Part shown: positions 19,484 to 28,082 of the stretch, one piece after another
Position numbering within the stretch: position 1 is the stretch's first letter
How the letters are laid out: every line of letters starts with the position of its first letter
Source of the DNA: a virus
Lineage: Duplodnaviria; Heunggongvirae; Uroviricota; Caudoviricetes
Length of the DNA: 44,584 bases
Reading direction: 5' to 3' (one strand)
Virus record (IMG/VR): IMGVR_UViG_2529292883_000001
Span: 1 to 44,584 of that record
Position numbers and translations under genes: made by a program
The notes under the pieces: generated by a model
What the model saw: the letters and a program-made list of their open reading frames with translations, nothing else
Database searches by the model: none
What the model was told of the DNA's origin: nothing

Positions 19484-19508
19484 ATAAAAAACCCGCGCGA
19501 TGGCGGAC
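19484..19508 (-). terminator. Candidate tR'-like hairpin plus U-run downstream of the predicted late promoter
   Basis: Minus strand CCGCcatcgcGCGG followed by GTTTTTTAT, about 50 nt after the putative -10. Confidence 0.35.
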
Positions 19509-19556
19509 TGTAAAGATTCTTCTAACGTCAGGCATAAAACGCCAATCGTTAGGGCG

Positions 19557-19584
19557 AGCTTACCACAGATTCGGGAAAAATCAA
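19557..19584 (-). promoter_or_regulatory. Candidate late promoter pR' (TTGATT, 16-bp spacer, TAAGCT) just after Q
   Basis: Minus strand TTGATTtttcccgaatctgtggTAAGCT starting 6 bp downstream of the Q stop. Confidence 0.35.
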
Positions 19585-19589
19585 CAACA

Positions 19590-20411
19590 CTATCGCGTTA
19601 CCCTCTTTAACTGCCGCTCCGCCCATGCCTCTTCAATGTCAAACCGAACCACCAACGTATCGTAAAAGCGTTTCACTGATTTTTTCCACGTATCAAGCGT
19701 GATAGCACTCGTCACTTTGCATATGGCATTAAATGCCTCCGTTGATGGCAGCCTTTCATAGCCCCGACCGCTACAACGCTGGCAGTTCCTGATTACAGGC
19801 ATCCCCCGTTTTTCCGACTCTTCTCGATGAATGGCAACACCACGCCCACGGCAGTCTTTACAGGCAGTCGAAATCTCTCCCTTCCCTTTACATTCAGGAC
19901 AGGAAACCTTCACCACCTCCCGGATTTTTTTCCATTCTTCCCAGTAAGACGGATACACGCCTTTTGTACACTTTGCCCATACTGGCGGCTTACCATCCGG
20001 ATACTGAACCTTGTTTGTAAAAACTTCGCTTTCAATAAATTTTTCCCCACGGCAACAAGGACACTGCTTTTTGCTCGCTGCACTACGGGCATAATCCTCA
20101 AAAGCATACGAAGCCATAATGCGCATCACTGCCGGTTTTATTTCTGCCGGGAGTTTCCTTAACGCCGCGACGCGATCGCACCGACTTAATGCATAATCTG
20201 CCAGTAATTCTGTTGCCCGCATCCTGTCATTCATACTAATGCCCATTTTTCCCAGGAACGCGGAAAATCCCATCTCAGCCCGGTTCTGTGTCATACCCTG
20301 CGCAGCCATTACATCAGTGATACTCAGCGCATCTTTTGACGTCGAGATGGGCGCATCAGTCAGGCCTGGCGATTTTGGAGAATAGTATTTCGGTAAATCT
20401 TCCAGTTTCAT
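19590..20411 (-). CDS. Q: Lambda-type antitermination protein Q with expanded CxxCxGxG zinc-finger repeats
   Basis: 273-aa ORF; N-terminus YYSPKSPGLTDAPISTSKDALSITDVMAAQGM and C-terminus TWKKSVKRFYDTLVV...VTR parallel lambda Q; three CxxCxGxG units. Confidence 0.8.
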   Translation of the reverse strand: MKLEDLPKYYSPKSPGLTDAPISTSKDALSITDVMAAQGMTQNRAEMGFSAFLGKMGISMNDRMRATELLADYALSRCDRVAALRKLPAEIKPAVMRIMASYAFEDYARSAASKKQCPCCRGEKFIESEVFTNKVQYPDGKPPVWAKCTKGVYPSYWEEWKKIREVVKVSCPECKGKGEISTACKDCRGRGVAIHREESEKRGMPVIRNCQRCSGRGYERLPSTEAFNAICKVTSAITLDTWKKSVKRFYDTLVVRFDIEEAWAERQLKRVTR

Positions 20412-20788
20412 TTTTGGACCTGCCCGTCATGCATTATTTCGTAAATCTTCACGCCCAGCCGCCCACCTGGAACGAGCTGACCGCGCACAATATTAATTTC
20501 ATCAAACTGCTCGTCGTCTATGAGTAATCCCGCATGCGTCAGTGCATCCAGTGGAGCTTTCAGAATATTGTCCAGGTCACGACGGCGCTTATCCGGTGGC
20601 TCTGCAATAATCTTTATCGCCAGCCTTCCGGACAGGTTTAATTTCAGTCGCTGCTGGCGAACAATAAGTGCCACATCCCGGCGATAACGCTCACCGGCTT
20701 TTGATACAAAATATGTGCTGCCACGACGTCGCCAGTAGGTGTTCACCGTCGGCGGGTAAGGCAAAACAAATTCTATGCGTTCAGTCAT
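20408..20788 (-). CDS. rusA: RusA-family Holliday junction resolvase
   Basis: 126-aa ORF with PDKRRRDLDN...KAPLDALTHAGLLIDDEQ...GGRL motifs. Confidence 0.85.
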   Translation of the reverse strand: MTERIEFVLPYPPTVNTYWRRRGSTYFVSKAGERYRRDVALIVRQQRLKLNLSGRLAIKIIAEPPDKRRRDLDNILKAPLDALTHAGLLIDDEQFDEINIVRGQLVPGGRLGVKIYEIMHDGQVQK

Positions 20789-21625
20789 TCATGCTTTCCA
20801 CTTCAGGACACCCGAATTTCTCGCGTGCATTAAAAAACGAATCAGCAACAACAGCTGGCTGCCGTGTTTTTCTTCAAAATCTTTTACCCCGGCGTGCAGT
20901 TCGTTATGACATTTACGGCACAGCGGAATAACAAGCAAATCATCAGCCTTTGTTCCCATCCCTCCCAGTCCATGACCAATGATGTGATGCGGATCATCTG
21001 CCTGATTACCGCACGTCATGCATTTCTGCGTTTTTACCCAGCGCGTGTATACAGGCATCTCTTCCCGTTGTGGTTTCTGGCGCTGGAGATACTGAGCCGG
21101 AGATTCCGGATCAACGGCAATGCTGACCACCGTCTTTTCCTGTGGTGGGTTCTGTTGCTGGTGGACGTGAGGTGGTAGCGCAATATTTTTTGTGCGCTGC
21201 TTCAGTATGCTGGTGGCTGTCTGCTCTCCCGATTCGGATGTCTGGTCACGCAACTGGTTGTCGCAGTGCCAGCACAACACCATCGCGCCGGTACCATAAC
21301 GATGTATGACGATTTCACTGTGATGATAGTCACCATGAGGCCACTGGCAGGATTTGACATGAAGCAACAGCCAGTCAGACAGTGCACTAGCGCCGCCAGC
21401 AGCACGAATCACACGCTCATTGCTGAAAAATGGCAGTAATGATTTATCCTCCACCAGCGGCTGGCGGACGGCAGGGACGACTCCGGATGGCAGGCCGCGC
21501 ATGCTTTTCGGTTCCGGCTCCACCAGTACCCGGGGATTATGAAATACCTGCATGGATTCACGGCCCGGCTTAAGGACCACCAGCCCGAGTTCCGGCACCG
21601 GAACAGGTCGAAGTAATACCCGCAC
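20789..21625 (-). CDS. Prophage protein with two Cys/His clusters (DUF968/YdfU-like; nuclease-like C-terminus)
   Basis: 278-aa ORF; clusters CQWPHGDYHH...CWHCDNQ and CMTCGNQADDPHHIIGHG...CRKCHNELH. Confidence 0.4.
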   Translation of the reverse strand: MRVLLRPVPVPELGLVVLKPGRESMQVFHNPRVLVEPEPKSMRGLPSGVVPAVRQPLVEDKSLLPFFSNERVIRAAGGASALSDWLLLHVKSCQWPHGDYHHSEIVIHRYGTGAMVLCWHCDNQLRDQTSESGEQTATSILKQRTKNIALPPHVHQQQNPPQEKTVVSIAVDPESPAQYLQRQKPQREEMPVYTRWVKTQKCMTCGNQADDPHHIIGHGLGGMGTKADDLLVIPLCRKCHNELHAGVKDFEEKHGSQLLLLIRFLMHARNSGVLKWKA

Positions 21626-21626
21626 G

Positions 21627-21899
21627 TTACCTCCAGATCCGTTGCTGGTATGTGCGGGATGAACGCGGTGGGCGTTCGGAGTAAGGGAGTCTGACTGAGA
21701 TTATCCAGTGACGGTAGTCGAGGCTAAGGGCTTTCTTAAACTCATACCCACGTCTGCGGTAGTTATGAATCAGCCATTCGGCCTGTTCTTCAGTGCAGGG
21801 ATCGTGCTGATACCAGTCATATTTGAATGCGTGAGAACGCAGCCCGTGCCTGCTGGCAAGGTCGGTATCAGAATTGTGATGTTTGGTATTGTGCGCCAT
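21627..21899 (-). CDS. Hypothetical prophage protein
   Basis: ORF 21627..21980 trimmed to internal ATG at 21899 (MAHNTKHHNSD...), which abuts the upstream terminator. Confidence 0.35.
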   Translation of the reverse strand: MAHNTKHHNSDTDLASRHGLRSHAFKYDWYQHDPCTEEQAEWLIHNYRRRGYEFKKALSLDYRHWIISVRLPYSERPPRSSRTYQQRIWR

Positions 21900-21970
21900 C
21901 GGTTGTCTCTGCTGGCGCAGCAGGTGCCAGTTGTTCAGGCTGGCGTGCGTATTGTAAACCAGAATGCCAG

Positions 21971-21996
21971 AAAAAAACAAAACCCGCCGAAGCGGG
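21971..21996 (-). terminator. Rho-independent terminator downstream of the lipoprotein moron
   Basis: Minus strand CCCGCTTCGGCGGG followed by TTTTGTTTTTTTC. Confidence 0.55.
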
Positions 21997-22126
21997 TATG
22001 CTAAAACAAACTGAAGGTAATATGCCGGACTTGTAAAGGAACGATAGAATAATTATCGGATTAAATCCTGACTCAATCCATAGGGTTTACAGCGTTTTCA
22101 CTAATAATTTACCGTCCCGCTATACA

Positions 22127-22519
22127 TTACTGCCCAGTTTTAACGAAGTTTTTAAAGGAAACAATTGCCTGATAGGGGTTTGGTTGACAGCCAAACATAT
22201 TATCGCAAAAAGGCTTGATGAAAATTCTTGCGGATCCATCTTCATTTGGCATTTTACTCACTTGATAAGCGAGGAATGGGCTATTTGGTGAAGGGTTATA
22301 AGTGGAAATTAGCGTGTCTGTCGCCGTTTGAATTTTCCATGAGGAATTATTAGCCAACCAGAATTGCGCTCGTTTCCAATAAAAGTCACATTGCTTTTCA
22401 TCATTACATGTTAGTGGCTTCATTGCTTCTGCTTTCAACGCTGGATCGACCTTTGCTGCACACCCTCCCAACATTACTGTTGCAATCATTACACCTGCGA
22501 CTAAAACAAGTTTCTTCAT
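22127..22519 (-). CDS. Lipoprotein moron (signal peptide plus lipobox LGGC), Cys-rich mature part
   Basis: 130-aa ORF MKKLVLVAGVMIATVMLGGCAAK...; AT-rich by eye; own terminator. Confidence 0.7.
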   Translation of the reverse strand: MKKLVLVAGVMIATVMLGGCAAKVDPALKAEAMKPLTCNDEKQCDFYWKRAQFWLANNSSWKIQTATDTLISTYNPSPNSPFLAYQVSKMPNEDGSARIFIKPFCDNMFGCQPNPYQAIVSFKNFVKTGQ

Positions 22520-22572
22520 CTCCCTGCCCCATCAATAAAAGTTCGGTTCTCTAATAACTAGAGTTAATCAAC

Positions 22573-22592
22573 GGAAAAAACGCCGAAGCGGG
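22573..22592 (-). terminator. Weak hairpin plus U6 downstream of hok
   Basis: Minus strand ACCCGCTTCGGCGTTTTTTCC; stem only 3-4 bp. Confidence 0.3.
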
Positions 22593-22662
22593 TTAAGTGC
22601 GGGTGCGTTGAGGATGCCTGACACATCAGAGGTGGCGAGGGATTTCTCCCCCGCCTGGTCTC

Positions 22663-22818
22663 TTACTCCTCAGGTTCGTAAGCTGTGAAGACAGTGACCT
22701 CCGTCTGGCCGGTTCGGATTCGTACCTCGCAGAGGTCTTTCCTCGTTACCAGTGCCGTCACAATGACGGTAATACAGATGACGATCAGGGCGACTAACAT
22801 CGCCTTTTGCTGCTTCAT
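22663..22818 (-). CDS. hok: Hok/Gef-family type I toxin
   Basis: ORF 22663..22875 trimmed to internal ATG at 22818 preceded by AAGGAG; product MKQQKAMLVALIVICITVIVTALVTRKDLCEVRIRTGQTEVTVFTAYEPEE matches the Hok family. Confidence 0.85.
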   Translation of the reverse strand: MKQQKAMLVALIVICITVIVTALVTRKDLCEVRIRTGQTEVTVFTAYEPEE

Positions 22819-23109
22819 AGCCTGCTTCTCCTTGCCTTTCGGCGCGTAAGAGGCTAACCTAGATTTGCCGTTCATAGATTGAGCCTCAGATTAATGTTAA
22901 GCGTCTTGCCGGACGCGTAATGTTAACTGGGGCTTTTCTCTATCTGCCTTTTGGTGTTCATGCCTGAGACAGATAGCCTCAAGCACCCGCTGCAATTCTA
23001 CTTAACTCTCCTTTTCCCGCAAACCGTTTTTATCCCCAGCGGCAAATCGAATACACCACCAGCGCCACCGCCATCGCAATTCCTACCGTTGTTAATGCTT
23101 CAGGCCAGG

Positions 23110-23454
23110 TCATCGTAAAATATCCTCCACGCTTATCAGTCCGTTCCGCTCCAGATAACTCATCGCCTTATCCGGTAATTTGCAGTCTGGCTTCGCTTTC
23201 CTCAGTTGCCAGGTTAACTGCTTTACCAGCATGGTTAACTCATCGACCAGACGCTGATATCCCACTGGTTTGTATTCATGCAATTTACCGGCTGGCTCTG
23301 CTGCCAGCGATACCAGTGCGATTTCCAGAACAGCAATATCCATCTTATATGTGCGGATGATGTCATGGTCGATTGTGCCCGGTATGCACAGTCTCTGTGC
23401 TTCAATAGTCTCCTCTGCGTGAGCTATTAACTGCTCTCTGGTAAAAGTCGTCAT
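23110..23454 (-). CDS. Hypothetical prophage protein (shares N-terminal T(R/K)EQLI motif with the 24038..24445 product)
   Basis: 114-aa [24 protein letters not shown]...[10 protein letters not shown]... Confidence 0.4.
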   Translation of the reverse strand: MTTFTREQLIAHAEETIEAQRLCIPGTIDHDIIRTYKMDIAVLEIALVSLAAEPAGKLHEYKPVGYQRLVDELTMLVKQLTWQLRKAKPDCKLPDKAMSYLERNGLISVEDILR

Positions 23455-23816
23455 GCCGTAGCCCCTTCTTGATATTTTTCAAACCAGAACACAACCGGGT
23501 CAGATTTCATTTCAACCAATCCCATACGAACCAGCGCTTTGCCTTTCCCGGACGCAAGGAATTCACGACGACCATCACTGATAATTCGCCGATAATCTTC
23601 CAGACTACTGCAATGCTTGTGCAGATTGCATGGGTGGCATGCCGGAACCATGTTGGATATATCGTCACGTTCCTGGTGAAGCATATTTCCAGCAAAACGA
23701 ATGACCGGTTTTACATGGTCTGCATGCCACTTTTCGCCAAGTTCGCAGCCGCAATAAGCACAGCGACCGCCGAACTTCATGCGCAGCTCTGCACGTTGTT
23801 TTTTCGTCAGTGCCAT
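23451..23816 (-). CDS. HNH endonuclease
   Basis: ORF 23451..23906 trimmed to internal Met ([26 protein letters not shown]...HADHVKP...[10 protein letters not shown]). Confidence 0.7.
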   Translation of the reverse strand: MALTKKQRAELRMKFGGRCAYCGCELGEKWHADHVKPVIRFAGNMLHQERDDISNMVPACHPCNLHKHCSSLEDYRRIISDGRREFLASGKGKALVRMGLVEMKSDPVVFWFEKYQEGATA

Positions 23817-23817
23817 T

Positions 23818-24057
23818 TCAGTTTTCCTTATATGGATTAATTTTATTGTGCAGTGTATTGAACGACGCCCATACCACGTCGTTATACAATTCAATAACTG
23901 GCTCAATTATTTTCCCGATTGCCCAGACAAAAATTAGCGGGGATATCGGTGTCATCAACACGATAAACAGAATGAGAAACAAAAATTCTGTCGCTCTACT
24001 TTTTCGCGGATATTCTTTTCTGAATAATGTAGGCACATCACTCTCCTTTGTTGCCAA
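23818..24057 (-). CDS. Possible small membrane protein (start uncertain)
   Basis: 79-aa ORF in an AT-rich 220-bp gap; non-ATG start at ORF head, internal Met would give 45 aa. Confidence 0.2.
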   Translation of the reverse strand: MATKESDVPTLFRKEYPRKSRATEFLFLILFIVLMTPISPLIFVWAIGKIIEPVIELYNDVVWASFNTLHNKINPYKEN

Positions 24058-24445
24058 TGTTTACAGCCTGGCAGGCCTCCTTGAGTACCCAGTCAACAGC
24101 GTCTTTCCATGCTCCGGTTTCAGCTGGCGGATTCTCACACTTTACCTGTTCATAAAAGCGTACCGCTTTAACAAGCCCTTCAGGCACTACCGGTGCTGGC
24201 GGGGCGGTGTAAAGGTCGTGGCTTCCATCAGGCAGTGAGTGACCTACATACTCACCGAATCCATCAACACACATGCCCCCATCTTCAATAATGCATGACG
24301 CCACCGGCTCTGATTCCAGCGATGCCAGTGCAATTTTGAATAACTCACCCTCTATCCGTGCCATCCCTGAATGGGGGTAACATTTCGTAATCGCTATTTT
24401 TAATTTGGCCTCTTCGATTAATTGCTCTTTGGTTAATTCAGCCAT
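24038..24445 (-). CDS. Hypothetical prophage protein (Ead/Ea22-like region)
   Basis: 135-aa ORF MAELTKEQLIEEAKLKIAITK...IALASLESEP... Confidence 0.4.
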   Translation of the reverse strand: MAELTKEQLIEEAKLKIAITKCYPHSGMARIEGELFKIALASLESEPVASCIIEDGGMCVDGFGEYVGHSLPDGSHDLYTAPPAPVVPEGLVKAVRFYEQVKCENPPAETGAWKDAVDWVLKEACQAVNIGNKGE

Positions 24446-24541
24446 TTTTCATTACCGCCCTTTCGGGCGGCCTCCTGATGTTCTGAGGGTGCAGAAATCC
24501 CTCCGGTTAAGGATTAAAATTATTTACAGTGCTAAATTTAA

Positions 24542-24898
24542 TTATTCAGTTCTGTTTTTTTTCGCCCTGCGTATCCGCGCTTTCGCGTTACGCTCAATCT
24601 GAATTAACTTTTCTATATTTTTCCGCCTTTCCTGTTCCTCCTGGCGCAATAGCCTTACATCATCTGCCAGTCTGGTTTCTCTTTTCGCCACAGAGAGCAT
24701 CCAGTCAAACGGCTCCACAACTGCACCGCAGATTTTACAGCGGACCTGACGCTCTTTTTCGTCAACCCGAACAGAGGCGTGATGACAATATGGTCTTTCC
24801 GATGACTCATAAAGAAAATTAACCTGATTACGTGGGTCATCCTCTTTTACCGGAAATAAAACAATATTACTTAACTCATCTTCTGGTTTTATTTCCAC
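24542..24898 (-). CDS. Hypothetical zinc-ribbon protein with basic C-terminal tail
   Basis: ORF 24542..24979 trimmed to GTG at 24898 preceded by AAGGAGAG; motif C..HH...CKIC. Confidence 0.4.
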   Translation of the reverse strand: MEIKPEDELSNIVLFPVKEDDPRNQVNFLYESSERPYCHHASVRVDEKERQVRCKICGAVVEPFDWMLSVAKRETRLADDVRLLRQEEQERRKNIEKLIQIERNAKARIRRAKKNRTE

Positions 24899-24899
24899 G

Positions 24900-25430
24900 T
24901 CACTCTCCTTTGATGCGAATGCCAGCGACGCGTGGCACATTAACTTCCACGATGCGCACATTTGGTTTGTACATCTCAATCGCTGTCAGCCAGTCAGCGC
25001 CGGTCATACGCTTTTCTGCATCGCCATTAGTCCATTGAACCGGCACACCAATAGCTTTCATCGCAATTTCTATTTCCCCGGCAATGGCGCTTTTCCCGCA
25101 ACCAGTAAAACCAGATACAACGACAAGAACTTCACCTTTGGCTGGTTTTATTTCCCGTGCTTCCAGTTCTGCAATGCGCTTTTTGGCTGCTTCCAGTTCA
25201 TCCAGTAGTGCCTGCACTACTGCTGGGTTGAAAGCTGCGATATAACGAGCGTTGTTCTCTGCGTTTTTCTGTCCGTCAAAGCCGGGCCATTTGATAACGT
25301 CTTCACATCGTTTATCACCGGGCGTATGCACCGCATACGTACCAGTACCCGACGAAATAAATGCGCACCATTCGCCCTGCGTGGCCTGTTTTGCTATCTT
25401 ACGCAGTACCTTATATTCAATTTTGCCCAC
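24900..25430 (-). CDS. Ead/Ea22-like prophage protein
   Basis: 176-aa ORF containing NARYIAAFNPAVVQALLDELEAAKKRIAELEA; GTG start. Confidence 0.45.
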   Translation of the reverse strand: MGKIEYKVLRKIAKQATQGEWCAFISSGTGTYAVHTPGDKRCEDVIKWPGFDGQKNAENNARYIAAFNPAVVQALLDELEAAKKRIAELEAREIKPAKGEVLVVVSGFTGCGKSAIAGEIEIAMKAIGVPVQWTNGDAEKRMTGADWLTAIEMYKPNVRIVEVNVPRVAGIRIKGE

Positions 25431-25683
25431 TGGTCGCCTCCGCTTCCCACGTTTTCAGACTTTCACCACAGAACGGGCAAAATGAAACCCGAACTGGTGA
25501 TTTAGAAAATTCACCGGAACGCAACATCACCAAATCAGGGCCGCGAGTTAAACTCTCATTCCAGATTTTGTATATCAGCAGACCTTTTCGCGTCGTGTAT
25601 TCAGCATCATGCTCAAGGGATTTTGCCAGTGCCGCACATGGTTCTATCTGATTGCCATTAACCCTGCATTTTGATTCACTCAC
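25417..25683 (-). CDS. Hypothetical zinc-ribbon protein
   Basis: ORF 25417..25752 trimmed to GTG at 25683 preceded by AGGAGG and overlapping the upstream stop; CPFCGES motif. Confidence 0.35.
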   Translation of the reverse strand: MSESKCRVNGNQIEPCAALAKSLEHDAEYTTRKGLLIYKIWNESLTRGPDLVMLRSGEFSKSPVRVSFCPFCGESLKTWEAEATSGQN

Positions 25684-26105
25684 CGCACCACCTCCTGAAA
25701 ATTCCCCTGATAAAACGCCAGCACGCGCTGCATAACTTCGCTCTTCCGGCACTCGCGACAGATTATGTTTAGGCGACTGTCGTAGCGACGTATTTCTCCG
25801 TCAGGTAATGACCAGATAAGGTCCGGATCAACCACAGGTGTTTTTTTCTTCAGCTTTGCCCTTGAGAGTTTTTTGCGGGCGTTTTGCCAGTCCTTACGAT
25901 CCTGTTCAGACGGGAATAACCCGTAGCCAGAATTGTATACATCGCCACTGGCAACCAGCTCTCTGGCGAGAACACTCATCAGATATCTTGTCGCACCTGT
26001 TTTCGCTTCCAGTTGTCGTAACGTCTCGCGCCCGCTCTGGCGCACGAGTTCAACAACCTGCCTCTTAATTTTTTCCCGCTCTTCTTGTGTAAATACTTTT
26101 GCCAC
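25680..26105 (-). CDS. Hypothetical early-region protein downstream of the replication gene
   Basis: 141-aa ORF MAKVFTQEEREKIKRQVVELVRQSGRETLRQLEAKTG... Confidence 0.35.
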   Translation of the reverse strand: MAKVFTQEEREKIKRQVVELVRQSGRETLRQLEAKTGATRYLMSVLARELVASGDVYNSGYGLFPSEQDRKDWQNARKKLSRAKLKKKTPVVDPDLIWSLPDGEIRRYDSRLNIICRECRKSEVMQRVLAFYQGNFQEVVR

Positions 26106-26145
26106 AAGTCCTCCTGAAAATTACCTCATGACCTGAAATAAACAC

Positions 26146-27222
26146 TTACCCCCTGAAGCCCGGTGGAATTTCGGTATCCGGTTCAGAAATATGATTCACA
26201 CAACGCTGGTTGTTCGTGCCGCTTACCGGGAGCAGCCAGGGGTTTTCAAAATTCCGGTCCGGTCCAAAAAACGTCGTCGCTCGCTGAACAAATTCCGTTC
26301 CCGTTTTCCCGGTAGCCGCCAGGTATCTTGCGTAACGCCTCACGCCATCCAGCATGGCCTCTGGTGACACCCCCTCGCGTAATCTGGCCTTCCAAGCACT
26401 GAAAGCGGATTTCTTCGGGTTTGCCCCAGCACGCAACGGGTATTCCCGCCAGACCTGTTCGAACACATCCGGATAATCCACTCGTCCCACAGGCTGCCCG
26501 GTGTTTTCCGGGACTACCCGATCGGCTTCCCGCTGAATGGCGGAATCGACTTCAGGCTGCTGCAGTTGGTGTGATTGCTCCGGCCTTGCAGTCATCACCT
26601 GCTGCACAGCGCCCGAATCGGCTTTCAGCGCATACGCTGAATCGGCTTCCGGTCTCGTGCCTGCTGGCTGACCAGGATTGACGGTCTGAACATCCCCTGC
26701 CTGGTTCGTGGCGTTTTTTACGCCATGGACCATAGTGTTTTGATCTTCTTGATCTGTATCTTTATCTGTATCTTTATCTGTCGTGACTCGTCGTGACATG
26801 TGCGTGACATTTCGTGACGCGCCGTGACAATCGCCATTTTGTTCCCGCTTTCTTTCCCTCTCTCGCTGCGCCCTCTTGCGCTCTGCAGGAGATTTTGCGG
26901 TTTGCGAAATATTGCCGTTGTCCTCTTTCAGCACCTGGCGTTTTTCCCATCCAGTGATTAAATCACCATCAAGTACCCGCCCCTGCATCGTCAGCAAAAT
27001 TGAATCAATTACCTCTTCTGTCACGTCGAGCGCACTTGCCAAATCTTCTGTCGTGACATCAATGTGACCTCGCGTGACATTTCGTGACGCGCTTACCAAT
27101 AGGTGGATATACACTGCCATCACTGTTGCAATTGGCTGCCCTGACACCCTGGCAATTGTTCGCCACTTAGGGTCATTTGGCATGTCATGCCATAATCTGA
27201 GCCAGGCGTTAGCCATACTCAC
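26146..27222 (-). CDS. Replication initiation protein (O-like / replisome organiser) with internal iteron arrays
   Basis: 358-aa ORF immediately downstream of cro/ydaT-like genes; contains two phased repeat arrays. Confidence 0.55.
   Translation of the reverse strand: MSMANAWLRLWHDMPNDPKWRTIARVSGQPIATVMAVYIHLLVSASRNVTRGHIDVTTEDLASALDVTEEVIDSILLTMQGRVLDGDLITGWEKRQVLKEDNGNISQTAKSPAERKRAQRERERKREQNGDCHGASRNVTHMSRRVTTDKDTDKDTDQEDQNTMVHGVKNATNQAGDVQTVNPGQPAGTRPEADSAYALKADSGAVQQVMTARPEQSHQLQQPEVDSAIQREADRVVPENTGQPVGRVDYPDVFEQVWREYPLRAGANPKKSAFSAWKARLREGVSPEAMLDGVRRYARYLAATGKTGTEFVQRATTFFGPDRNFENPWLLPVSGTNNQRCVNHISEPDTEIPPGFRG
26755..26828. repeat. Iteron-like array 1: 2x tgtatctttatc then 5x CGTGAC at 10-11 bp phasing
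   Basis: CGTGAC at 26782, 26792, 26803, 26813, 26823. Confidence 0.65.
27052..27092. repeat. Iteron-like array 2: 4x (C/T)GTGAC at ~10 bp phasing, shares cgtgacatttcgtgacgcgc with array 1
   Basis: CGTGAC at 27052, 27073, 27083 plus TGTGAC at 27064; 20-bp exact repeat of 26803-26822. Confidence 0.65.
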
Positions 27223-27287
27223 CTCTTTTGATACCGAATCTTTTTACTCACAAATTGCCGGAAATGATCCGGTATGAATATTGCGAG

Positions 27288-27713
27288 TCAATGCACAGCC
27301 ACAATATTTCCTGCAGGGCCACCACGATTCATCTGGTTGAAACCAGCGATCGCCACTGCGACAAAATCATCAGCGTCTCTCACCAGTCGTGCCCGCGTCT
27401 CCACTAGTTCCCGAAAATAGGCTGAGCTATGGCTGCGCATTCGGGCCACCAGCAGAGGTGGCATTGCTTTTTCGATAGCTGGTAACAACGCCTGAATTTT
27501 TTTAACCGCATCAGGGGTGTCTTTCTCCACCCAGCGGAAAATTTTCTGAGTATTGCGAGCCAGGGCTTCCGGATGGCTGTCGTCATACAGTTCCGGGAAT
27601 GTCATACCCAGCTCAAAATAAGCCCGGGTTATTTCAGCTGCCGGAACTTTTTCACCGTCCGGATGCGCCCAGGCATTCATCGCCATGCGGATGTGTTCAT
27701 GCTTGATTTTCAT
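27288..27713 (-). CDS. YdaT-like (cII-position) protein
   Basis: 141-aa ORF MKIKHEHIRMAMNAWAHPDGEKVPAAEITRAYFELGMTFPELYDD..., recognised as Rac YdaT-like. Confidence 0.6.
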   Translation of the reverse strand: MKIKHEHIRMAMNAWAHPDGEKVPAAEITRAYFELGMTFPELYDDSHPEALARNTQKIFRWVEKDTPDAVKKIQALLPAIEKAMPPLLVARMRSHSSAYFRELVETRARLVRDADDFVAVAIAGFNQMNRGGPAGNIVAVH

Positions 27714-27975
27714 GAATCAACTCCGGTGCATTTGGTGTGTTAGTCTTACATCCAACAGGTAAACCGTCGGTAGGGTTAGGGTATATGTCTGGTCGGAGTT
27801 CATGGGGAGTAATCGTCCACTCCATAATCTCACATAGTTGCAAAACCCTTGATGCAGGAACCTGATGCCCATTAGCCCATCGGGACACAACCTGCTGCGG
27901 CAATCCAATCAAACGAGCAATACCTGCTTGGGATAACCCTTTTTGATGAATTTTATTTTTTAAACATTCACGCAT
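27697..27975 (-). CDS. Cro-like HTH regulator (YdaS-like)
   Basis: ORF 27697..28011 trimmed to ATG at 27975 with GGAG RBS; HTH KGLSQAGIARLIGLPQQVVSRWANG. Confidence 0.65.
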   Translation of the reverse strand: MRECLKNKIHQKGLSQAGIARLIGLPQQVVSRWANGHQVPASRVLQLCEIMEWTITPHELRPDIYPNPTDGLPVGCKTNTPNAPELIHENQA

Positions 27976-28082
27976 ATCGTTAACTCCAATGAATTGCCAT
28001 GAGTTATACACTTTTAAAGTTAGACAATCAACACCTTTAAGCTGTTTATGCTAATTACACTTTTTTTATGTAAAATGAATGC
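27976..28082. promoter_or_regulatory. Divergent immunity-region promoters and operators
   Basis: 107-bp AT-rich gap between divergent HTH genes with repeated acactttt / cacctttaag motifs and TTACA..TGTAA inverted repeat. Confidence 0.5.

Noticed and set aside
22819-22875. In-frame 19-codon extension upstream of hok
   Set aside because: Hok family proteins are ~50 aa and the internal ATG carries a canonical AAGGAG RBS; the extension may be a mok-like regulatory frame, not part of the toxin
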